This document shows positions 50,991 to 64,000 of a DNA stretch of 64,000 bases, piece by piece. Under the pieces are notes generated by a model. The model saw only the letters and a program-made list of their open reading frames with translations, did no database searches and was not told the origin of the DNA. The translations under genes were made by a program, and so were the position numbers. This DNA is from Convolutriloba macropyga (lineage: Eukaryota), in NCBI RefSeq assembly GCF_964194025.1, contig NC_134482.1, forward strand, positions 34,844,001-34,908,000, written 5' to 3'. Position 1 is the stretch's first letter; every line of letters begins with the position of its first letter.

Positions 50991-53900
50991 TAAGGAGACT
51001 AGGAGACAAGAGGGACAGCGAAATCAAATAAAAACAATATTCATTCTTTTTTCAGAAAACACAGTATTTATTCTCTAAGCACTATTTTAACATAAATCGG
51101 ACCTTTCATTAATGTAAACTGACTAAATGAAAACAGACGTGCCTGTGATTGGGGCGGAGAAAATTGCAAGTAATATAAAACGGTCATAGTCAAGATAATC
51201 CAGTTCTTTTTTATAGCAGAAATCAACGGTGAGACCAAAACTGGCCTTGCTAACACTGCGGGGCTATTACAAAATTTAATTTTTCCAAATAATCGATCAA
51301 TAGGGTTTTGGTGACAAAAATTATTAATGCATCAAAAAATAAATGTGCATTTCTGATAAAAACAATTCAAAGTAGCGAAATGTCGGCAAGTTTTATTCCA
51401 GAACCAGAGGTAAAAATAGCCCTCATCTGTGTAAACAATGATCTTGTCAGTGATTTTATGTCTACACTATTGGTCAATGAGGACGAAAAGGCCTAAAGAG
51501 AATTCCTTAAAGGGAATCGCACATAATACAAAAAAAAAATAAAACCCCAGACCCAATTATCCCAAGATACGAGACGATAAGCTTTATATAAAATGGCTGG
51601 TTTTCAATCCTTTTTGTTAAAGCACTTTTTCTTCTGACCCCCACTTAACACTTAAGTGGGGAGGGATGAACTATATACTCAAATGGGTTTGTTTTGTTCA
51701 GACAATTTTGGCCGATCGATATAATCATCGTAGAGAGTTGTGAGTGGTATCATCAGAAAACCAGTCCAGCGTAGAAAATAGAATTAAAAAGGTTTTTTCA
51801 ATTTTCGTTTTGTATAGGGAGTTATCGAGGTTTAAAGTTTTGTAAATAATTCATTCACATTCACATTTTATTCACATTTTCAGTATTTTTGACAATTTTT
51901 TCGTCAATTTTGCTAATTATTAAAATTTTTAACTGTACTGTTATTGACTTCATCTCCAAAGATAGAGGAGGGTTGCTGTGTTGTTCGATCCGAGTTTTTT
52001 GGCTAGAGTTTAAGCTAAATTTTTCAAAAATCAGACTTTTTTCGATAAAAATGGGACCACATTTTTTTAGCCCACTTGCTTTAAATTTGATGGAAGAAGA
52101 CTTCTTGAAACTGCGGTCGAATTCGTTTTAAGCTCAAAAAAGAGCTTAATCTAATCCCGCTGGCTTTCGGAGTTTTCTGGATCAATATTTTGCAAGTTTT
52201 TTGCGAATTTTAACTCGATAATTACAAAAAAAGAATTATTTGTTTTTGAAATTGAAAAAATTTTGTTTAAAACTGATTTGAACAATCATTTGAACAATTG
52301 ACTGTTTTGTTAGACGCGCAGCAATATCTGGGCTGATCTTGATCTCAACGTGGATCCCTACGATAAAAAATTTTCTAGATTTAAATGGGGCGCGACCTTT
52401 TTTCAAAACATTTCCGCTATGTAAATGTTTTTTTATGTAAATTACTGACAATAATCTGAAATCAGGGCTCAATTTATGACAGATAAGATTTACAAAGAAG
52501 ACGTCCAGTGAAATTATAACATGGTTTCAGAGTTAAGCTCATGGTTTTTAGGGCCTTGACCAATTGTTTTCGTAAAATTTTTCGAGTTCTTGAGTTTTGC
52601 TTTCATTTGTTGTACTTTTTGTAGCCCAATGATTTAGTGTACCCAATCAAAGATTCAGTTAGCTTTTTAAGAGATATAGATGAACCGAGACAATTCTATC
52701 AGTTGTTATCTAATGTTTGTTATGACTTTGAATATATTTGTTTTGAGAAAATATAGGTGAATTTTTGAACTTTACCACTATTTTATCTTATTTCTCTCAA
52801 CTTCGGGCGCAGCCTCAGTAAAAACAGGCAGAAATCAATTTTATGTAAGTATAAATTTTTTGTTGGAAACGGTTTTATCTTCAACTAATGTTTTCCTTGT
52901 TTTGATGCTACGCGTTTCAAAATATTTTTTTTTCATTTTCATTTGTGAACAGAATCGTATTTTTTATGAGTCGATTTTGTTTCGTTCTCGAATTATCACA
53001 TTGTTGGCAAATATAATTGAATTAAAGCATAGTAGGATAAATGTACAGCTTCGGGAAAATGCGTTTCTGTATATGTTAATTTTTTTTGTTGAATAGTTAA
53101 TCTTTTTGGGCTGAGACCAAGTTATCTTGCAAAATTTTGTTGATTTTTTAATGTATTTTCTATGTTTGTCTCTCCTTTTGTTGTTGTACGCCATATACCT
53201 GATAACTATAGGTCTCAATTGAATCCTCAGGACGTATAACTCCACCTAGATAATGATTTCAGTTTTTAGCTGTTTGTCTTAATGACTTTCAATTCAAATT
53301 AATATAAGTTTTTTTCGTCTTGTTATATTTGCTTTCAATTTGGTCACCATGTAACTCAATCTCACTAATTAGAAGGTCTCAATTACTTTTGAAGATGCAA
53401 CCCTTTTTATCGCGATTTGTTATACGTATGTAACTGATTGCTTCGACCATTTATTTTAAAATTTCGTGATATTATACTGTTCAATTTTTGGGTTTCTTTT
53501 TGTTGTCGTCTACGTTGTGCTTTTATAGGGAAGACTTGTTACCGTTAGGATGAGGAGAAAGGGATGATTTACAGTTCTTGCAGGCAACATCTTATAAGTA
53601 TAGTGCCTTGAATAGTGTGATGTCGTAAATTTGTTTCAAGTTTTAGCTTCCATGTGTGTTTGTTGTATTTGTTATTTTGTGGGGTAGTGACGTGGGCTCA
53701 TTATTAACAGGCCCAATTCGCTTCCTGAGGTGTTGCAAACTAATTCATCGCTTTTATTGAAATCTTAAATCTGTTATGACTTTTCGAAATATTTGTTTTC
53801 AAAAATTATTGGGTTTTTGAGCTTCGTCATTTTTTAAAATAGTTTTTTGGTCAAATTGCTCAGTCGCTCTAAACACAGGTCACAACCCGTTTGCAGTGAG

Positions 53901-55811
53901 CTATGAATTAACCTTTATAACGGTTTTAGCGTCAATTTTTGTTTATCGGCTTTGTTACTTTTACTATGAGACTTCATAAAATGCTTTAGATTTTTATATA
54001 TATTTGTACATTTTGAGGGTTTTTGTTCTCTTTTTGGTTTATAACAATAATCGTGAGTCCCATTAGTTTTAAAATTTTGCGCAATTGAAAATTAGATTAT
54101 GGCATGTCTCAATTGCTTCGTATGGAGATATAAAAGAAAATTTTAGTGATATCAGGTGATATCTAATGACATTAATAACTGTGAAGTTAATTGTTTTCAA
54201 AAATGGAAACGTATTTTTTAACTTTGCACCTCTTTGCTATTTTTTCTCTTTTTGTCGACCTGTTAACCAGTTGCACTGAGAACCGGTCCCATATCTTTTC
54301 TAATGAAGTACAGGTTAAACTGTTTTTCTAAGGTTATATCTGATGCGAGTTTGATTTTGTTATGTTTTTTTTTATTGTAGACGTCGAATTGTGTTAGTAA
54401 ATATTGTTTGTTTTTTTTTTATTTTTTATGGTCCTTTTTGTTAGTTCTATTATCAAAAACTTCCATGGGCCCTCTAGCGTGGCATTATTGTATTCCATTG
54501 GTTGTTTATTGAACGATATGTATGTTTTTGATCTCATCATTTGGTAGCCAATTAAGTCAAGAATGTGGATGAGCGGGGTCGGAACATTATGTGCGTGCGC
54601 ACATTACCGAGCCTCCTTGTCTGTTTTAACTTCAATTACATGAACAATTCATTCTGCATTATAACTCAGCACCAATCTCTTTTTTGGGTAGTTTTTCTAT
54701 ATTTTATGTTATTCAGTAGAGTCGACCTTGACATGGAGATTGAATATCAGAACTAGGAAATAGATCGATTTGAATTTCGATCTCTTTGAATGTCTTGGTT
54801 AGATTGGGTACCTGGTGTAATTCATGATCATAGGACCTGTTTCGATTCTAGAGCAAACAGTTTAGCCTGCCTCAGCTCAGCGAGTGTAACCGTAGATTTC
54901 CTTTGAAATCAAAGTTAGTAGTAGTAGAAAGGCTTGGTATACCTCTTTCTTCTTAAAGAAGTAGGTAGTACAATAAGTTACACTTTTTCCAAGCAGTTGC
55001 ATGTCAGACACTAAAGCAAGGAAAATCTGGGCTGGATTCGAATTTTAAAAGGCAGCCTCCAATCCTTGTTCCGAAATTATATATCATGGGTTTGGACCTG
55101 TTTAAACTTATTTGAAATGGTAGCTTTGCGTATGCACCAACTTAATTGCACCAGCTCAATTGAGAACACAATGTCAGTACTTTTTTAGGCTTCTTTTTAA
55201 AAGTTCAACGTTTTCTCCCACCTTGCCCTTCTTCCATCATCTCCGCAGTCCTCATTTTGTGCAGTCGACTTAATTGGAACTTTTGCTTATTTAATTGTTT
55301 TTTAACAGATAGCGTTTTTTCAAATGGCTTCTTTGTTTTTGGCTCCACGTTTAAGTTATTGCGTAGTTTCAGTTTGATTCTGAGCCTTTCTGGCATTGCT
55401 TTTTTGCTAGATCACATCTGTTCATGACGAGAACTTTGACTTCTTTTTTAATGGCTCTCGAACGAAGTCTGTAGCAATTCTGTTAGTCCTGTGGTCTTTT
55501 TAATGCAATTTGTCGCTTGACCAATTTTTCGCCTGACTTTTTTCACTTTTCGTCCTCAAAAACGGGATAAATAGGTAGAGCTCGGAGGGCATTAAGTTCT
55601 ATTAGAGCCCTACGGCTTAATTGTTCCAAAGTATGCGATTCACCGATCCTAGATAAATATTCATTGCTGTGAAGGGTAGTTTGACCCCCTTACTTCACCC
55701 CCCCCCCCACCACCACGCACACTTCATCCCCACACTTCAACTCACCCTCACGACTCCTCACCCCTCCACTACATTCCACCCGTAATGCAACATGCTCGAC
55801 ACCCTCCCACG

Positions 55812-57305
55812 TGTAGGAATGGAAAGTTAGACTTAAGCGTTTTTCGGAAAAGAACCAAATTAATATTGAGTTTGAATTATTCCCAACACAAAAGCGAATT
55901 CTAAATTTGAAACTGTACAAAGATAATAATGGTGAAGAAATTTAAACTGATGAGAACGGTTGAATAAGTAAATATGGACTCTGATAAAGATTATATCATA
56001 GATTGAACATCAAAATTCTCACCCACGTAATATTGGATTAGACACCCAAATTAGGGGCCTAGGTTATCAAAGTCATGAATGACCTTCTTAAAACTTTTCC
56101 CAAAAAGGTATTTTTCACACAAAGATTCGGAACATTTGGTAAAAATAGGACTAAACTATCATAAGAGGAGTGAGTTAACAGATCTTCGTCGTGGTACTGA
56201 AAATTGTAATAATTGTTTGAAATAGTATACTCTGGTTACTATAGTTTTCGTTAAATTAACGTAGCAAATTTTCCACTACTTTCTCTTTTTAGACCTTTTC
56301 TTATAACTTAGTAGAGCTTAAACTGGTATCTAGTAGGTATTTGCTAAACGCTTCGATACTTGGCACTCATAGGCATTTGTAACTAGTGGTTCTGAGGGAA
56401 CCATAGCCTTGTAATAATTAAGATTGGGTAAAACTTAATCGTTTCTTTCGGTTTTCTGTTAACAGTGTAATTGTACAACTTTAGTAACTTCAAAATACAT
56501 CTCTTAGGATCTGAAATCATACTAAATCTAGCTTCAATTTATTGGATTTAAATTAGTTTGGTGACTAGAAAAGTAGTGAACAACCAATCAATAATTAGGT
56601 TAAGTTAGGTTAACGATCTGGAGGACAGCACCGAATCCCGGACATCAAGACGATTGATTTCTGAGAGTATTAATCGGCCAAGCTCCTTCTAGGAGACCGC
56701 ATAGTGAAGCCACTCTGAGGGTAGGCCTGCCTGCTCGTAGAAGACTTGGCAAGTTAAGTTAACCCATGTAGTATGGAATGGTGAACCAAGTAGACAATTA
56801 AAACGGTCTGCAGTAACCTGAAGTACCTGATGGGCAATGTCTTGACGTTCTATCAAGTTAGTTAATACTCGTCTGGTTCGGTTGTGGAGTGAACAACGAC
56901 GAGCTCTTCACGTCATCTACTATTTGTTATAAGTATATTGGTTGATCAATTAATTAGAAAGTGAATTGAGGACCTGGTATATATCTCAATCTTAGAGTCA
57001 CCAATTTACTTCATTTGGTAAAACAATTCTTAGAAGCTAAAATATCATACAACATAGAGAGGCATTACAAACATATTCTAATATCATCATTATTTTTGGC
57101 AGTTGACTACAGTTCTATAGCGCCTGAAAATACTTTCTTTAGGACTTGAACGGAGGGCCTGGTATAACCCTTTAGTCTAGTTAAGAGTAGTAGTTTTGTG
57201 AAGTTGCTATCCAGTCCAGTAGTTTTCTCTAAAGATAGATTCTAGGAACAATTGTGGAACTTGTGAATAGGGTAAAACCTCCACCCTAAAGATTCAGATT
57301 CTATA
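55812..57305. mobile_element. Solo LTR A (~885 bp without the nested insert)
   Basis: Termini TGTAGGAAT...ATTCTATA; perfect 5-bp TSD CCACG at 55807-55811 and 57306-57310. Confidence 0.8.
56466..57069. mobile_element. Solo LTR B (604 bp) nested in solo LTR A
   Basis: Termini TGTAAT...ATTACA; flanks AACAG / AACAT (5-bp TSD, one mismatch). Confidence 0.7.
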
Positions 57306-57772
57306 CCACGCCCCCTGCGCTCACGCCCCCTAGCTAAAACTAGCCTTACTAAACTCCAGCTACGGACGAAGTCATCCGATTGACAGTCCTATGAGAGCAA
57401 TTCTCCCCAAAGGTAGTCGGTTATGTTTCGAAAATTGACTCTGTTTCTGAACGTTGGCATTGCCGTTTAGAATATGCTTAGTACGTTTCTAAGTGCGTTA
57501 GAACAAAATCGCCCGAGGGACTTAGTGCCCCGATACGAGGGTACTTGTGTCCGAGTGCTGGGCACGAGCAGACCTGGACTAAGATTTTTTCTAACGTTTT
57601 TAGAAAACCAAAGGGCACGAAATTGTTGATTTTCATTTGAAATTGAAGTTAAAAATTAGAATTTGAGAGAACCGATGAATTAGATCTTTGATATACGTTT
57701 CAAGGTAAAACTCATCTATATTTTTTTTCGTGTCATTTGGTTTTGCATCGAAAATTACTTCGATTACCAAAA

Positions 57773-60700
57773 ATGAACAACGCACCAAACAACCAGCAAC
57801 AGCAACAACAGAACCAGGCGAACAATCAGCAGCAAATAGTCGTAGCACCACCTCTTCTCACCCCCCTCCGATACCCAATCGCGACTTCGAGAGTTTCGAA
57901 AGATGGGGAAAGATGCAAGGACAACCAGACCCGACCATAACGAGAGTTCTGAACGCTCTTAACAACAGAATCGGCGACTTTCCGAACGCGAGGAGTGCCC
58001 GCACCGAATTCAAAAATCTTCAACAATTGGAATCAGAGTCCATCCAAGGGTTCTAGGAGAGGCAGCCAATGATCATCTTGATGTTGCGGGACGACAGGAA
58101 GCTAACAAAGATACCTTTATGGACGGACTGTTGGACAGCGAAATCAGATATACACTCCTGAAGGAAGAACCGGGAAGCTTTAATGCAGCTAAACAAAGGG
58201 CCATTGCTCTAGACGCCATCAGTAAAGCGGAATCCAGTCGACTGCGAGGACGAAGAAACAGACAAGTGAGATGGACAAAGGGTGAACAAGATCTTGATGA
58301 GTCAGTAACAGCTGACTTTAGAGCACTCAACACCAGTCTGTCATCGGGTTTCAATCAAATGATCGAGTTTCAGACCAGAAGCTTCAATAAGATGCTAGAG
58401 CAGCAAGAGCGACATACACAGATCATGGAGAAGATTCCTGAGACCCAAACAAGATTTCTATCCGAATCGGGTCAACCAAGATTTCAGAGTAGAAGTCCGG
58501 AAAACCGGAAGGCTTTCAACCCAGAACGTCTGCGATGCAGTGCTATAATTGCCGCGAGTTCGGGCACTTGTCAAATCAGTGTCCACAGAAAGGAGCAATA
58601 CAACCGGGTATATCCGCAAACTTGGACACCGATAGACAACCAATCTTAAAAAGCATTTTACAGAGAGCGAACAGATTTTACAGAGAGCGTTTTCCAGAGC
58701 AAGTGAGCAGTATCAACAAAGTTCAAGCCGAAGCAGTCTTTGGACCTAGAGTCTACGTGATTGTTGATCTGGACGGACAAAAACACAAAGCGTTAGTGGA
58801 TACTGGGAGCAATGTGAACATTCTATCAGAAAAAGCCTACTCACAGTACGAACAGCGTTCCAAACTAAGACCTTTCCGGGAACAAGTTCTTCCGGCCATC
58901 AATGATCCTTTCGAAATACTTGGCGTTTTTACTGGCGAAATAACGTTCGACACCGGGGTTAAAGTGAAAGCCGATCTCTTGGTGACCCCAAACACAGACG
59001 TGCCTTTGATACTTGGAACCCAGGTGATGGAGATTAAAGTATCAATCGACTTCCATTCTAAGCAGCTGATGGAGAACGAAAGCAATGTTGTAAATTTGCA
59101 ATTTGCCTATAAACCTGAAGTCCCCAGGCACGTACATCTTTGTGAGACGGAAGCAGAATCCGGTCTTGATCAAATTGAAACAACGGAAAAAACACAGCAC
59201 GGGGTAAATGCAGAAACAAACCTAACCCGATCATGCGACGAAGAGTTAGAACAGATTTGTTCTTTAGCAATTCCAGACAGAAACCAACAAACAGACGACA
59301 GAAGAACACTGCTACGAGAGTTCAGAGATGTGTTTGCAATGAACGAGAACGAACTTGGACAGACACACTTAGTTCAGCATGAAATTGACACAGGTGATAC
59401 GGTGCCCATCAAGCTTGCACCTGGAAAAATCAGTGTGGCTAAGGAGATTGAGGACATGCTAGCACGAAAAATTATCCGACCATCAAACAACCCGTACAGT
59501 GCAACCATCTTTCTCGTTACCAAGAAGGATGGGAGCAATCGATTGTGCACAGACTTCAGACGACTAAACGAAGTAACAAAGAAAGACGCTTTTCCCCTCC
59601 CGCGAATTGACCAGATACTGGATCGTCTTCACGTAGCCACGATTTTCTCAAGCCTCGACCTAGCCTCTGGATATTGGCAAGTCCTATTAGCTGAAAGTGC
59701 TATACCTAAAACTGCGTTCGTCACTCCCGATGGTGGACACTACGAGTACCTCAGACTTCCATTTGGACTTTGCAATGCACCGGGAACCTTCTAGCGACTT
59801 ATGAGAAGCATCTTCAATGAATATCTCTTCTCGTTTGTCCTCATCTTCTTGGACGACTTTCGGGTGTTTAGTAGGAATATGAAGGAACACGAAAAACACA
59901 TGCGCCTCGTTTTTCACGCTCTTCGCCAGGCCAATCTTAAACTCAAGAATCCGTAACCTATCTAGGATACAAACAGCCCAGAGGGAATTGCACCAGATGA
60001 AAACAAACTTGTTGCAGTACGGGACTGGAGGCGACCAGAAAGCGTTACCGAAGTGAGGTCTTTTATTGGATTTTGCAGTTACTACAGGCGTTTCATCAAA
60101 GACTTTGTTGGGATAGCGAAACCTCTTCACCAGATAACAAAAAAGAACAGCCGTTTCACTTGGAACCCTGAATGCCATAATGCGTTCGAGAAACTAAAAG
60201 AGGCTTTGATTGATAGCTCAGTACTCAAGCTTCCTGACTACAACTCTCCTTTTATCGTGGACACGGATGCAAGTGACAACTAGGGGCAGTACTCTCGAAT
60301 ATTATCGATGAAGTAGAATACCCAGTGGCTTTCGCGAGCAGAGTTTTGACGCCAGCAGAATGTCGTTACTCAACAACAAAAAGAGAAGCATTAGCAGTCA
60401 TTCAGGCGATGAAATGGTTTAAGCCTTACATTTGGGGAACTCAATTTGTGCTCAGAACAGATCATGCATCGCTACTGTGGTTATTTAACCAAAACAATGA
60501 CGGGATGATATTTAGGATGCTTCAAAGACTGCAAGAATTCTTTTTTCTAGTAGTACATAGACCAGGAGACAAGCACAGGAATGCAGATGGACTGTCAAGA
60601 CAGTGCAGCATCACACCTGAGCTAACTGAAGCTAAGAGACTGGTTATGTTTGGAAGCTGCCCATCAGCTAACTCTTTGAAAGACGCCCTCGGAAGAATTA

Positions 60701-62696
60701 ACTTAGTTACAGCAGAGGACGCGAACCAACCAATGAGTATCCAATTTCAAGAAGACGTAAACTCACTTAGGCTGGCTCAAAGAAACGATCCCTGCTTACG
60801 TCTCATCTTGCTATGAGCAAACGCTGAGAAACATCCAGACCAAAATCCGCTGAGAGACTTAAAAATCAAGAAGGCAAACGCAATAGCACAAGGAGAAGAT
60901 GCAGTAGCGTTGCGGGGCCTCTGGGACCAGATGGAACTGACTGATGGCGTGCTGTACAGGAAGTGGCATGTGGAAGGAAGCAATACTAACCAAAAACAAC
61001 TTGTAGTCCCGCAGTTACTCAGAGAGACAGTTTTGTAACAACTTCACGATTCAAAACTCAGTGGAGGCCATTTTGCTTTCCAAAAGACCTTGGACAGGGC
61101 AAGACAGAGGTTTTGTTGGCCAAATATGAGAAAAGACATTGAACGAAAATTTGAGAACTGCACCCTGTGTCAAGCACGAAGTACCGCTGGAAAGAAAAGA
61201 ATAGCCCCTCTCCAGACAATCAACGTTGGGATCCGATTCAGCAAAGTGGCAGCAGATATCCTGGGAGCTGTTACCCGAGCAAAGACAAGCGGTGCAAAAT
61301 ACATACTTGTATTGACGGACTATTTCACGAAATACGTGGTTTGCGTTCCCTTAGAAAGAACTACGGCCGAAGATGTTGCTAGAGCAATTGTGGAGAACTG
61401 GGTTTCAGGTTTGGAGCACCTGATTGCCTTCACACCGACCAAGGATCAAACTTCTGCAGCGAACTACTACTAGAAGTGTGCAAAATTTTTGGAATAGAGA
61501 AGACAAGAACATCTCCATATCACCCACAGGGAAATGGTATGGTAGAACTTCACAACAGAGTTGTTGCGGATGTTAATTCCAAATATTGCGCAAACAATCC
61601 AAGTAGCTGGGATCAAATGGTTCCCTATCTCAACTTCGTCTATAATACGACCGTACACAAAACAACAGGACAGACTCCATTCTCACTTGTGTTTGGACAA
61701 GAATGCAAATACCCGATTGACCTGCTACTCCCGAAAGCACCTGGTCACGAAATTGCCAACTACGAATTCACAAAATGGCTCAATGAACAGTTCAGGGAAG
61801 CACATATGAATGCCAGAGACACTTGGCTACAGACAACAAAGACAAAAAGATTTGTACCAAAAAACGTCTTTGGAGAGGAATTGAAGCCAAAAGAGAAAAG
61901 AAAGTTCGGCTTTTTGCACCCCAAAAAACAAAATCAAGGAAGGATCGGACCATATAACATCATCGAAAGGACGTCAGAAGTCAACTATAAAATCTCAAAA
62001 GACACAAACTCCAAGAAATGGCAGATAGTCCACTACAATCGATCCAAGCCTGTGAAGGAGGAAGACGAGTTACCCAGAATGGAAACAATATCATCTCATC
62101 AGGAGAAATGGCCCAGCCGCCAAAATACGTATGACCAGGAAGTTCACATTGAGGAAAACAATCAAACTTTCTCCTCAGAAGTTACATCAAGACGACCCAA
62201 ACAAGAGAGTCCCTTCAAATGGATGGACGAGGATAAAGATTTTTTCTACGATCTCTTTGCAGAGCGAGAATATTCAACTAAAAGGCCCACTAAGACTAAC
62301 ATACCAGCAGAACCGATCACTCCGGAACAAGACAAAACCCAAGTGAACCAGACCCCTTTTGTAACCCCAGCCAAAGAGATTGACTCTACATCACTGCCCC
62401 AACGACCACACAAGCAAAAAAATGTCTTGAGGGACCTCAGTGAAACACAGCCAACACCTGCAAGCGCCAAGAGGGAAATGTGCAAACCAAAAACATTTGC
62501 AGAATTTTTGGGAACCAAAACTGACAAAACAGTGAACTCCATCGCTAAAACACGTGAAAGACGCGCAGTGAAGTACCCCAAAACGATTCGGAATCGACGA
62601 CGAATAAAAAAAGAATATATTAAAAAGAATATAATAAAAAATAAAAAAAGGAACTTGATTAAGTTTCTGTATATAGCATTGCCTAAAAAATTGTAA
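57773..62696 (+). pseudogene. gag-pol of the second Gypsy element (disrupted)
   Basis: CYNCREFGHLSNQC zinc knuckle; ALVDTGS protease; LDLASGYWQV, LPFGLCNAPGTF and FLDD in RT; DTDAS...REALA in RNase H; GGHF...CTLC, ADILG, YHPQGNGMVE and GPY in integrase. Confidence 0.93.
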
Positions 62697-62942
62697 AGAT
62701 CAAAAGATGAGCCGAAATTTTTATTAAAGATGGCGACGATCGTAAGACATATTTAAATAGCACCATTAAAAACTATATTGTAAGTTAATATATAATATAT
62801 CACCCGTATTATGAAAAGAGCTAATTAGCTCAAATGAATTTCAGCGAATTTGGGGGGAATTATTAGAGAATGTAGCATTCTTTCAAATACAGAAAAAATG
62901 CTATCTAGGTTTAGCGCAGTAATTAACCATAATAATGTTTAG

Positions 62943-64000
62943 ATGTACAACTTTGTGATATTTATATTAACACTTGCGGTACGACAGCAAACAGCGGAGA
63001 GTGCACAAACTACTGCGCATGTTCTCTTCCAACCTCAAACTCCAGTTTCATTGGCCGGCTCATATCTGACTGTGGATATCGCATTCCCACTTCCAAAGCT
63101 GTTGAACGTGGATCTCCGATCAATTTATAATTTCTCTTCAATACTTCAGCAATTGGAACAGAAAACATGGAAGAGCTCCGAGTTTTGCAACAACCCGGAA
63201 ATAATCGCACTCTTACAGCGCCACTTTGACGGAATAATCTCATCTATTCAGATAGAATACGAAAGAGCAGAGAAAGAGAGGACAAAGCTCGTCAAAAGAA
63301 GTAGCATCTTTTGTAAACCAGACTATCACTCTTCAGCGACAGAGACGATCATCACTGCTGTTTGCAATGGGAGCTGCGACGGCAATAACTTTAGAACCCT
63401 TACTGGAAAAAGCAGGCTATAGACTACTCTCAAGTTTTGGTCTGTTCGAAAGTTCTAAGCGAAAGATGGATCAATTGGAAGGACGATTGCACTATTTGGA
63501 ATCAAGAATGGTTCACCTGCACAACGAAAAAAGAGTCTATTCAGGTCATGGCCAGCATTAGTTTGAAGCTTCATGAAGACACACGAAAAGTGCTAAACTA
63601 CTCAGAGGATAACTTTGAGATGCTGCAAACAAACCTGGAGGTGCTTCAAAAAACAATGGAAGAAATACAACAAGCCCAAGCCTGTGATCATCGAAGGTCT
63701 GATGTTTTTATGTATGCCTTTCGCGCCCAAAGTGCAATTAGCAACGTATCATGGACTCTCAATGCTATGCACAGCGAGTTGCAAATACAAAAACTATATT
63801 TGACGGAACAGAGAAACATATTTATTACAAGCATTGGATTGCTATCCAAGGGCATACTGCCAGCCGCACTAGTACCCTACGAAGATTTACGGTAAATAAT
63901 TACAACTCTGAAGCTGTGAGATAAAAAGTGTTCAATTCCATTAGACCACTCAAGTTTACTTTACAGCCTGCCCTTAGTGAGAAATGTTTTTCCAATCCAC
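62943..64000 (+). pseudogene. env: env-like class I fusion protein (frameshifted, partial)
   Basis: Signal peptide MYNFVIFILTLAV; after a frameshift, RQRR|SSLLFAMGAATAITLEPLL (furin site at 63337-63348 plus hydrophobic peptide); heptad-rich helix; LSKGILPAALVPYEDL. Confidence 0.72.

Larger units (their letters stand above)
55448..57428. repeat. Dispersed repeat, copy 2, split by nested solo LTRs
   Basis: 55448-55811 plus 57311-57428 reconstitute the order of segments seen at 141-690. Confidence 0.75.
57773..64000 (+). mobile_element. Second decayed Ty3/Gypsy element with env-like ORF; runs off the window, 5' LTR not identified
   Basis: gag-PR-RT-RH-IN-env order on the plus strand. Confidence 0.92.

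Noticed and set aside
56466-57069. 5' LTR of the second Gypsy element
   Set aside because: It is flanked by its own TSD, nested within another TSD-flanked insert, and has no adjacent PBS; it is better explained as a solo LTR.

Overview
AT-rich eukaryotic (most likely invertebrate animal) genomic DNA with two assembly gaps, dominated by transposable elements. The main structure is a decayed, ~19.7-kb Ty3/Gypsy-type LTR retroelement at 10521-30188 (about 16.2 kb without a ~3.4-kb internal tandem duplication). It has ~300-bp LTRs, a PBS, gag-pol, an envelope gene resembling chuvirus/herpes-gB (class III) glycoproteins, and extra ORFs of unknown function on both sides of env, so its layout is that of a complex enveloped retrovirus-like element. 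A second decayed Gypsy element (57773 to window end) carries an unrelated class I-type env with a furin site and fusion peptide. Between them lie four LINE copies (one with a near-intact 2.8-kb APE-RT frame), BEL/Pao and CRE-like fragments, MITEs, nested solo LTRs, and three coding exons of an ERK1/2-type MAP kinase whose remaining exons were not found in the window. All alignments and translations were done by eye; family assignments need HMM or structure confirmation.
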